Below are positions 24,011 through 34,257 of a DNA stretch of 64,000 nucleotides, piece by piece. The notes under the pieces were generated by a model. It made no database searches. It was not told where the DNA came from and saw only the letters and a list, made by a program, of their open reading frames with translations. The position numbers and the translations under genes are program-made. The stretch covers positions 36,768,001-36,832,000 of the forward strand of contig NW_024704742.1 in assembly GCF_018977255.1 (NCBI RefSeq). Reading direction: 5' to 3'. The first letter of the stretch is position 1, and the number at the start of each line of letters is the position of its first letter. The DNA is from Callorhinchus milii. Taxonomy: Eukaryota.

Positions 24011-24510
24011 GCATCAATTGGAAAAAGCACCATTAAGATTAAGCAAACAGTCAATAACTGGACAGAACACAAAATACAATTACTAACTGAAAAATTATTT
24101 TCATCGAAAATTATATTCCTATTGAGGTACCACACTGTAGGTACCATCTACCAGCTCTATCTCTGTCACTCGTCCTACGGTCTGTCAGTCTGTCTCATTT
24201 TGTCTCTCTCTGAATCTCATTTACTTTCTCACTCTGATTTCCTCTATGTCCATCTCAAATTATTTCTCTGACTCTAGCTTTACATTGTACAAAAGTAAGA
24301 ATCCCTACCTTTGTACTACCAGCAAAAAAAATCCAGTTGTGCATCTGCAAACTTCCATGCCTGAATGTGAGTTTACGTGGCCTGTGATTTACTTGGACTG
24401 GGTGGATAAATTGCATCCCAGGTAAACCTTGTGTGCATGTGCACAATTTTGTGTGATATCCAGTTATCCACTGTTTGCTTAACCTTAATGGTGCTTTTTC
24501 CAATTAATGC
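24011..24510. repeat. Inverted repeat, 65-bp arms (58/65 complementary), 370-bp spacer; MITE-like
   Basis: 24011-24075 compared base by base with the reverse complement of 24446-24510: 7 mismatches, no gaps. Confidence 0.85.
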
Positions 24511-24674
24511 TGACATTTCACAGTCCCCCATTCACTTCCATATCAAAATCCAATGTGGTAAGCAGACATGTGGATAATTGGCTTGGGGATAACTGGTGTT
24601 TTATTGTAACAACATAGAAATATTTCTGAAAGTTTTATAACCGCAAAAATTCCATCCTGTTAGTTGGAAACTGG

Positions 24675-25220
24675 AGTTGGTACCAGAAGTTTCTCGGTTT
24701 GAGGTCCTGGTGGGTCAATTGTCTAAGGTTGATAGAGTGAGAACTATGTTTCAAAAAAAAGTCAAGGGAAGGTTGGGGAAATGTACATATGGTTGAACTG
24801 GGCCTGGGATTCAACTGGCTTTGATGGATGGGATCATAGTTTAAAGTCATGAGCCCAAGTCTTGAAATGGAAGTTAATTGTGGACACAAGAATGTCTAAT
24901 TGTCAGAACCCAGGGTTTGTTTGGCAGTTTGTTAGGAGACAAAAAAAAAGTTCATTTCCAAAATTACAGGGGACAGGTGTGTTGACAGCAGTAAATGATG
25001 TCCATCTATATTTTGAGGATGTCCTGTGGTTATAGAGTAATTATCCCAGACCTGTTCTCCATCCGACATCCATCAAAGAATAATAGATTGAATCCTCCAC
25101 TGGGTTGATAGTCATTTGTTACATTGATGGTGCTTTGATAATTGGAAGGACTGAGCAAGAGCATCTGTGGCAGCTAGAAAGATCTGAAGTCACCTTCAGA
25201 ACCATCACCATCAGTGTCAC
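24675..25220 (+). mobile_element. Highly decayed Gypsy-like LTR retrotransposon pol relic
   Basis: 25111-25182 translates VICYIDGALIIGRTEQEHLWQLER (compare Gypsy V.CY.DDIL..G.T.EEHL..L..V). It is preceded, across a frameshift, by IHQRIID*IL (compare IFQR.MD.IL). Confidence 0.5.
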
Positions 25221-25429
25221 TATTCCGCGAGCTGATGCTATTACGTTTGAGACACACAGACAAGTGAGTTAAAAGCCAGACAAGATGCCAGACATAGATT
25301 AGATTTAAAAATCATTCACTCAGGTCAGTTAGCATTTGGAGTATTATTGAAATACAATGTTCCAACAGCATGGAGTGGGAAACGCTTGTGCACATTTATT
25401 GCTTAGTTTAGGACTCAACGATAGGAACT

Positions 25430-25750
25430 CGCGTGTGAACAGTATCTTTCATGTAAATGAATGTCTCCAGGTTTTTGACACGTAAAGTAGCGAACAGGAA
25501 TTTTAAGGATGTTGTACGAAGGCACAATTGAAGAGATATGTTAAAGAGAGTAAAGGCAGGGAGATGGGTAGCAAAGAAATTACAACTGCATTGAGCTACC
25601 AATAAAGGTGGTTGAGGCCAGGATGTTGGACTCATTTAATAAACAGTTTGAATGCTATGACAGGAGGATGGTAGGGCGGATATTGTGGAAGGACGAGATC
25701 AGATAGACGAGATCAAAGTACCTTCTTCATCCAAACCCCTTTTGTGATTT
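25430..25750 (+). mobile_element. Old CR1 3' fragment
   Basis: GGACTCATTTAATAAACAGTTTGA..CTTCTTCATCCAAAC resembles the 3' end of 8650-9330. Confidence 0.5.
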
Positions 25751-26237
25751 TGGAAGAGAATTTCAGAGCGCTTAGTACAGTTGTTAAACATAGAATGAAA
25801 ACAGTCAGCTGCAAACTATACACCAGAATCAGAATGGTGAAGGTGTGAGCAGGAGAATAGGGCTGGAAGGGTTTACATAAAATCCTGAATCACAGGATCA
25901 AGAGTTAGGTTTTGTAGAAAGCCTGCCAAATATGAATATAATATTCCATTACAAGGCAGATACATGCTTTGTAAAACATTGACACTGCTATATAGGCCAG
26001 AGCTTGTGTTGTTGGAGGATTTCCACTCATTTATGAACATTTCCAGTCTTCTTTGCAATTTACTTGGTTCAGTATAATTCAGATATGATGACAAAGCCGA
26101 GGAACTCAGCATTACTATTGTAATAACACATCATCACAGGGGTAAAACTTATCTATCTTTGGGTTTTGAGTGGTTACATAGATCAGTTCATTAGAAGCAG
26201 AAGATGCATTAGAGCTTACTGGACAATTTAGGCATTT

Positions 26238-26925
26238 GGAGTCCTGTAGCTTTGTGATTAGAGCACATGTCTCGCAAGCGACAGGACCTGGGTTTGATTC
26301 CCGGCAGGGTGAAATGTTGAGCAAGTTTCCTTACTCCACACGTCTCTGTTTACCTGTAGAGTCCTGTAGCTCAGTGGTTGAGCACTCGCTTTGCAAGCGA
26401 GAGACCTGAGTTCATTTCCAGGCAGGGCGAAACCTTGGGCAAGTTTCCTTACTCCACACGCCTAATAATAATCCCTCCAAAACCAAAAACAATAATAAAT
26501 TGGTCATTTTCAACCCATGACTGTTTGTGGGACATTGCTGTGCGCAATTGGCTGCCACGTTCGCCCACAAATATACAGTCAATTCACTTTACAGTGTGTT
26601 CTGTGAAGCGCTTTGGGACGTCCTCCCGACGTGAAAAGCGCTATATCAAATGCAAGGATTATTATTATTATTATTATTATTACCTAGCAGGAACCCGGTT
26701 GTTAGTCGATTGACAGATGGATTTTCCGGGGTAATATGTTCTTCAAAAAACAAAATAATAAATTGGTCACTTCAATCCACGACTGTTTGTGGGACGCTGC
26801 TGTGCTGCCTTTGGCCCACAAACTATACAGTCAATTCACTTTACAGTATATTCTGTGAAGCGCTTTGAGACGTCTCGAAGATACGATAAAGCACTATATC
26901 AAATGCAAGGATTATTATTATTTAA
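26238..26925 (+). mobile_element. Young SINE, long subfamily, split by a nested short-subfamily SINE
   Basis: Head to ..CTGTTTACCT (26355); resumes TTACCTAGCAG.. at 26680. Confidence 0.92.
26356..26679 (+). mobile_element. Young SINE, short subfamily, with 6-bp TSD TTACCT
   Basis: Full head-to-tail copy; TTACCT at 26350-26355 and 26680-26685. Confidence 0.95.
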
Positions 26926-27551
26926 TTACTGCTGGGGAAGAAAGCTTACTTTTTTGCAGAGATTTTCAGGATGTGATGGTTTAATATGGTCAGAGTCCAC
27001 TGTAAGCCTTAAATTTACGTGCAGATTGCTGCAGCTTTGACAGAATGTGCCGAGAATTCAGTAATAGCTGAGAGATACCCATTCCAATGGAGAATTCAGT
27101 GGCTGTTTTGTTATTGATATAGGACCTTATATTGAGTTTGCAGTTCTTGAGAACAACAGACCAAATGCATAGGCATTAAATTAATGTCCTTTATCAGTTG
27201 AGCTACAGTGCACACAAGGGAACTATATCAGCAATAATAATCATATAAAAGATATCAACCTGCCAAGGTGCTGTTACAATGAAAATTGATGAATAATTCA
27301 TTCCATGAACTCTTCTATCGTTTTTCATCCTTATTGTCTCCATCTGTAGTTTACGCTGATTAAAATACAGTAACCTCCAGATAATGTGTCGCTCCAAGGG
27401 AAAAGGGCTCAGTGACGAGTTATCCGGATTGACGAGTTAGGCATGTGTATAAATACATAAATAAATGCGGCCAGGATATTGACAGCATGTTGACTTACGT
27501 GATAATGACAAGTTAAGTTAGGGTCGAGTATCAGTTTAGTGTAATTAGTAC

Positions 27552-27917
27552 AGTCCTGTAGCTCAGTGGTTGGAGCACTCGCCTTGCAAGCGAGAGACCT
27601 GGGTTTGATTCCCGGCAGGGCGAAATGTTGGGCAAGTTTCCTTACTCCACACGCCTCTGTTTACCTAGCAGTAAATAGCAACCTGGTTGTTAGTCGATTG
27701 GCGGATCGCTTTTCCAGGGATAAAAATCCCTCAAAAAAAATAATAATTTGGTCACTCAATCCACAACTCTTTGTGGGATACTGCTGTGTGCAATTGGCTG
27801 CCGCGATTCGCCCACAGATCAATTCACTTTATAGTACATGCTGTAAAGCGCTTTGAGACGTCTAGAAGACGTGAAAAGCTTTATATGAAATACGATGATT
27901 ATTACTATTATTATTAC
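27552..27917 (+). mobile_element. Young SINE, long subfamily, near full length
   Basis: tRNA-like head, about 60-nt extra segment (about 27657-27718), Deu domain and tail. Confidence 0.93.
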
Positions 27918-28904
27918 TGTAATTAGCAATTTATTGTAATACAATCCAACAGTGTAGTTGAATTATTCAAGAAAAAACATATCCTTCCATATGATGATGT
28001 TGTCCATAATGGATGGCAGAACATAGACAGTAAACAGCATTTATATAATATCCATATTACATTTATTTATTGCATTTATGCCTTACTTAACATCAGGAGG
28101 ATGTCTCAAAGCCCTTACAGTAATTTAAAGTAATTGCAGAGTGCTAATGTGGAAATTCTCGAAAATACCGGCAAACCAAAAAAAAGGTCAGCAGTTCAGA
28201 TTATTACATTAAATCCATTCACGGTGTTATAAGGAAAATGAATGTTTGAGTGTTATGATTGTAATATATTCACAAACATTTTGTTGGTTAATTGTAAATC
28301 AAGGCTAGAGATGTTGTTTGTTGGAGTTTGTCTCTATTTTGAATCAATTCATTTATTGAATATCCCAGTGGCATGTGTCCAGTCCGCGAGTAAGTGAGAG
28401 AATGATTCCCTCTCCAGCCATCGTTTTGCAATGAGGGAACCACACATTGTGTGGCACAATCTCATTGTGCAAAGATCAGTGTAATTAACATGATCAATCC
28501 ACAGCCTCCATTAGAACATTTGGTGCCTCACAGGGTGGATAGGGCAATATAAACTGAACAGTTGTTGGCAACCAAGTCAACAGCCGTTGTCTCCCATCAA
28601 CAGCTTTGACCTTTCTAAACCATTGCTGCACAAATGCCAGCATTTCACTGTAACAGTATTTCTGATTGGTTCCTTCACCCTTATAACAGAACATAGTGTC
28701 AGATCTAGGGTTTCTTGACAGAATCGGCTGGACTTAAAACTTATTAAGAGCAATGTGTTTAAAACTCCCCCGATGTTCCTCTCTATATGCACCAAGAATC
28801 TCACTGTCTGCTTATTTAAAAGGCATTTAATGCTTCTGGAAGCACAAAAGGAAAAAATGTGTCTTATCGTTTGTTCAATATTCAGTCCAATTTCAATCCA
28901 TTGG

Positions 28905-29166
28905 ACTTGCCGGGCTTTCAGCCTCTCTGAAACAATCTGGAACTCCACCCCATGATCCCTTTGCCTCGCTTCCTCCCTTGCCTCCTTCAAGGCCGGTCTC
29001 AAGACTCTTCTCTTCGACCGTGCCTTTGGTCTCCCTCCCATCTCTCCTTCCCTCACCCCTACACCACCCCTCCCCCATGCTCGGACCCCGACACCTGACT
29101 GTTCAGCGCTTTGGGACGTCCTCCCGACATGAAAGGCACTCTATAAATGTAATTTTGTTGTTGTTG
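28905..29166 (+). mobile_element. L2 LINE 3' end (family 'a')
   Basis: RAFSLS..IWNS..; tail GGGACGTCCTCCCGACATGAAAGGC..TGTAATTTTGTTGTTG. Confidence 0.88.
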
Positions 29167-29896
29167 TCATTCTCTCATGGTAGAACAGCTGACATTAGTT
29201 TATCCTCGGAGCTCAGTTTATCCTCCCATTTCTGTCTATAGCCACTTGCCATGATTTTAGTCACTTTTCATCAGATCAGGAGCTAACTGCTCTGCAGAGA
29301 TTGATGTTGCTAGCAAAGTAGAACTTATAGTGATATGCACTAGACCATTTGTGGTGTGGTGCCCAATTTGATATTCCTGTATAGACGTGTTCCTAAGAAG
29401 ATAAGTTTTCAGTGGGGCTCCTAGTATCACCAAGAACTAGTATACTAATACTGAACGATACAGAATTAAGTCTCACTCTGTTCAGTCTTGGCGTATTACT
29501 ATTTTGAGCTGGAAAGTACAGACCAGAGGCTGCACAGGGTTGATGTGTCGGATTTGCTTCCTGGTGGCCAGTAATAAGGGTTATTGATACTATGGAGGCT
29601 ACTTGCCTGGATTCTCAACTTTAGGCAGGTGGGCCAATCAGACAATATGATACAATCCAACAACAACAACTTTCATTTATGTAGTGCCTCCCCCACAGGA
29701 TAGCATTCCAGAGGGCTTGACAGTGAGGGAGCACTACGCCAAGCCAGGGGGAGGGGGAGGTGACCGTAGATAAGAAAGGTCTTCAGGCGTGACCTAAAGA
29801 TGGGGAAAGAAGGGAGAAAATGAAAGGATGAGGGAGAGTGTTCCAGAGTTTCGAGGTGTAGTGGCTGAAAGCCTGGACACCGATGGTGGAATGGAG

Positions 29897-30041
29897 GTTG
29901 ATAGATTTCTAAAGGATAGAGGGATTAAGAGATATGGGGATAGGGCGGGTAAATGGAATTAAATTAGAAGATCAGCCATGATCTTAATAAATGGCGGGCA
30001 GGCTCGAGGGGCTGAATGGCCTACTACTGCTCCTACATCTT
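29897..30041 (+). mobile_element. CR1 3' end fragment with ATGGAG TSD
   Basis: GATAGATTTCT..GATCAGCCATGAT..GGCTCGAGGGGCTGAATGGCCTACT, like 33335-33480; ATGGAG at 29891-29896 and 30042-30047. Confidence 0.85.
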
Positions 30042-30862
30042 ATGGAGTGCATGAGGGACATGAAGAAGACCAAGCCAGTCGAGCGGAGGTAGCGGGTTGG
30101 GGTTAAACAGATTGGAGAGGTAGGGAGGTATCACGTTATGAAGGGATTTGAAAACGAGTGTGAGGATCTTGAAATCGATCCGTTCAGCGATAGGGAGCCA
30201 GTGGAGCCTGGCTAGAACTGCTGTAATGGGGTACGGAGTTTAGTGTGGGTGAGTATGGGGGTGGCGCAGTTTAAGATCAGCTGGATCCTGTGCATGGTGG
30301 AGCTGGAGAGACCGGCAAAGAGGGCATTTGAAAAGTCGAGAGGTGACAAACGTATGGAAGAGTGTTTCGGCTGCGCTGGTATAAGGTACGGTCAGTGGTG
30401 GGCAATGTGGTGGAGGTGGAGGAAGACAGTACTGATCAGGGACTGGATGTTGGGAAGCAAGGATCGCTGTGGGTTGAACCTGACTCCTAGGTTGCGCACC
30501 GGTTCGATGAGTCTGAAGAATAGGCTGGAGTCAGAGCCATCGGACAGAAGACTTTGACGGGAGTCAAGAAATATGGCTTCCATCTTGTCAACATTTAGTT
30601 GTAAGAAGTTCGCAATAATCCAGTCCCTGATGTCTGCCAGACAAGCTGACAGAACACCAACGGACCTGGAGTCGCAGGCGGAGGAGGAGAAGTAGATTTG
30701 CGTGTCATCCGCATACATGTGGAAGATTACCCCATGTCTACAGATGACATCACCAAGAGGGAGCATATAAATGAGAAAGAGGTTGAGGCCAAGGATGGAG
30801 CCCTGGGGTACCCCGCAGGTGACTCGGTGCGGCGGGAGGAGAAACCATTTGAAGAGATAAAG

Positions 30863-33396
30863 GAAGGATCTGAAATCCGATGACCAGGAGGTAGAGACAA
30901 TATGGGTGGAAATAAAAAATAATAAGGGGCAGAAAATATTAATGGGAGTGGTTTATAGACCCCCAAAGAGTGATCACAATATAGCACAAGGTATTAATCA
31001 GGAAATCAGTGGAGCATGTAGGAAAGGTAAAGCGATAATAGTGGGTGATTTCAATCTCCACATAGATTGGGAAAACCAAATCGGCAAAAGTAGGTCAGAA
31101 GAAAAGTTCATTGAGTGTATGAGAGATAACTTTCTAGAGCAGCATGCCGAGGAACCAACTAGGGGACAGACCATCCTAGACCTTGTTTTGTGTAACGAAA
31201 CAGGGCTAGTCGGCAGTGTAGGTATTAAGAATCCTCCAGGGCAGAGTGATCACAATATGATTGAATTCTGCATTAAGTTAGAGAGGGATATAGTTAAATC
31301 CGAGGCAAGTATTCTGAATTTAAATAGGGCTAATTTTGTAGGTATGAGGAAAGATTTAGGTAAAATAGACTGGAGAATAAGATTAAGAGGTAAAAATGTA
31401 GACCAACAGTGGCAAATATTTAAGGATGTAGTGCATAATTCTCAGCGGTCGCATATTCCCTTGCGGAATAAGAGTACCACAGGGAAAGCAATTCATCCGT
31501 GGCTAACTAGAGCAGTTAGGGAAAGCATCAAATTAAAAGAAAAAGCTTATAAAACTGCCAAGAAAAGCAGCAAATCTGAAGATTGGGAGAGTTTTAGAAA
31601 CCAGCAAAAAAAACTAAAAAACTCATTAAGAGCGAGAAAAAGGAGTATGAGGGTAAGCTAGCTAGGAACATTAAGTCTGATTGTAAAAGTTTTTACAAAT
31701 ATATTAAGAGGAATAGGCTAGTGAGGGTAAATGTAGGTCCACTTCAGTCAGAGATGGGAGAAGTTGTAATGGGGGATAAGGACATGGCAGAGTCCCTAAA
31801 TGGGTACTTTGCATCTGTCTTCACCCTAGAAGTCTGCCAACAATAGAAATGCTCCAAGGGGCTAAGGACAGGGAGCAACTTGGGGAAATTTTCATTAGTA
31901 GAGAATTGGTGCTAGGGAAACTGTTAGCACTAAAAAGTGACAAATCCCCTGGTCCGGATGGCTTGCATCCCAGGGTTTTAAAAGAGGTAGCTTATGAGAT
32001 AGTGGAGGCCTTATGTCTGATCTTCCAAAATTCCTTGGAACAGTCCCCATGGATTGGAAGATCGCAAATGTCACACCACTATTTAAAAAAGGTGGAAAGG
32101 AAAAGATGGGGAACTATAGGCCAGTTAGTCTCACGTCAGTGATAGGAAACATTTTAGACTCGTTGATTAAGGATGTGGTAGTGCGGTATTTAGGGAAGCA
32201 CAGTATAATTAGGCCAAGTCAGCATGACTTTACAAAAGGGATTTTGAGGATATTTCTAGTAAACTAGATAAGGGTGAATCAGTGGATGTGGTCTATTTGG
32301 ACTTCCAGAAGGCATTCGATAAGGTGCCGCATAAAAGGTTAGTCCAAAAGATAAGGGCCCATGGAATTGGGGGGAGCATATTAACATGGATTGGGGAATG
32401 GTTAACGGGTAGGAAACAAAGAGTAGGGATAAACGGGTCCTTTTCAGATTGGCGGGATGTGACTAGTGGAGTGCCACAAGGATCAGTCCTTAGGACTCAG
32501 CTATTTACCATATGCATCAACGATCTAGATTAGGACATCGAAATTAATATATCTAAATTTGCAGATGACACAAAACTAGGAGGAAGTGTCAACACAGATG
32601 ATGACATTAAAAAAATGCAGCACGACATAGATAGGTTAGATGATTGGGCAGGTAGATGGCAGATGAAGTATAATGTAGGGAAGTGCGAAGTCATCCACCT
32701 AGGTAGCAAAAACAGTAGAGCCGGTTATTTTTTAGAAGGGGAGAGATTGGAATGTGTTAGCGTCCAGAGGGACTTGGGTGTCCTTGTACACCAATCACAG
32801 AAAGTTAGTCTGCAGGTGCAGCAGCAATTAGGAAGGCGAACGGTATGTTAGCATTCATTATGAAAGGATTAGAGTATAAGAGTAGGGAAGTCTTGCTGCA
32901 ACTGTATAGGGCCCTGGTGAGACCACACCTGGAATACTGTGTGCAGTTTTGGTCTCCTTATTTAAGGAAGGATGTACTTGCCTTGGAGGGGGTGCAGCGT
33001 AGATTTACTAGGTTAGTACCAGGGATGAAGGGGATGAGTTACGAGGATAGGCTGACCAATTTGGGCCTATATTCTCTAGAATATAGAAGAATTAGAGGGG
33101 ATCTTATAGAAACCTATAAGATCATCAAAGGGCATGATAGAGTAGATAGTGGGAGATTGTTTCCCCTGGTTGAAGAAACTAAAACCAGGGGTCACAACCT
33201 TAAAATCAGAGGCCAGCCCTTTCACACTGAGTTGAGGAAGAACTTCTTCACTCAAAGGGTAGTGAATGTATGGAACTCGCTACCCCAAAGGGCTGTTGAC
33301 GCTCAGTCCTTGAACATATTCAAGACTGAGATAGATAGATTTCTTATTGCAAAATGGATTAAGGGATATGGGGATAAGGCAGGGTTATTTTATTAG
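30863..33396 (+). pseudogene. Disrupted CR1 ORF2 (endonuclease + reverse transcriptase)
   Basis: GVVYRPP, VGDFN, SDHN (APE); KSPGPDGLHPRVLKE, NYRPVSLTS, YLDFQKAFDKVPH, GVPQGSVL, FADD at 32558-32569, LVRPHLEYCVQFWSP. Several frameshifts and deletions, and a TAG at 32531. Confidence 0.93.
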
Positions 33397-33486
33397 CTGG
33401 AGTTCGATTAGAAGATCAGCCATGATTGATTGGTGGGGCAGGCTCGAAGGGCCGAATGGCCTACTCCTGTTTCTACATGTTATGTT
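30863..33486 (+). mobile_element. CR1 LINE, 5'-truncated within the APE endonuclease domain; 6-bp TSD ATAAAG
   Basis: ATAAAG at 30857-30862 and 33487-33492. The empty site is seen in the sister L2 at about 19751-19770 (GAAGTGATAAAGTGAAGG). CR1-type 3' UTR and TATGT tail. Confidence 0.95.
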
Positions 33487-33894
33487 ATAAAGTGAGGGGG
33501 TTTGTTAGGTCGGATTTGAATCAGGCTAGTGCAGTCCCACTAAGGTGGATGAGGGAGGAGAGGGAGTGGATGAGGATGGCGTGGTCAACTGTGTTGAACG
33601 TGGTGGAGAGTTCCAGGAGGATGAGGAGGCAGAGGGAGCCCTGATGAAAGAGAAAGAGGACATCATTTGTGACCTTGACAAGCGCCGTCTCTTTGCTGTG
33701 GGCAGACCAGAAACCAGACTAGCGGTGGGAGAGGTGTGAACAAAGCTGGTTAGCGACAACGTTTTCCAGAGCTTTGGCAAGGAAGAGCAGAAAATGGGAA
33801 ACCAGTGGAATTAGATTATTAATGAATTAATAATATTTACTTTTGATATAGCATCTTTTGTGTTGGGAGGACATTTCAAAGCATTTCACAAGGA

Positions 33895-34257
33895 TATATT
33901 CGGTTTATCCTTCAGATGAGACACTAAATCTAGGTCCTCTCTGCCCTGTGGATGTTAAAAATCTTGCGCCACTATTCGAGAAGAGAGTTTTTCCCAGTTA
34001 CCTGGCCAACAATCCTCCAAATAAATTGTTCACTAACTCCAGGACTGTTTGTAGGACATTGCTGTGTGCAAACTGGCTGCTTCATTTCACCCACAAAACA
34101 CAGTCAATCCACTTTACAGTATATCAGGCCGTCCTCCCGACGTGAAAGGCGCTATACAAATGTAATTTTGTGTTGTATGTCCTGTGAAGCACTCTGAGAC
34201 ATCTCGACAAAGTGTTAAGGTGCTATATCAAATGCAAGGATTATTTTTTATTATTAA
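33895..34257 (+). mobile_element. Deu-SINE (older type, 5'-truncated) carrying a 49-nt L2 tail insert at 34126-34174
   Basis: TCAGATGAGACACTAAA..GTGGATGTTAAAAATC..CACTATTCGAGAAGAG Deu domain; insert flanked by GTATATC / GTATGTC. Confidence 0.8.

Larger units (their letters stand above)
29658..33800 (-). mobile_element. L2 LINE RT fragment (family 'b'), interrupted by two + strand CR1 insertions
   Basis: HMYADDTQIY..NFLQLNVDK (30392-30766). Colinear with 18771-20075 on both sides of the inserts; resumes at 33487. Confidence 0.92.

Noticed and set aside
30906..33396. Endonuclease/RT ORFs as a functional gene or novel RT system
   Set aside because: Ordinary 5'-truncated CR1 ORF2 with frameshifts, deletions and a stop.
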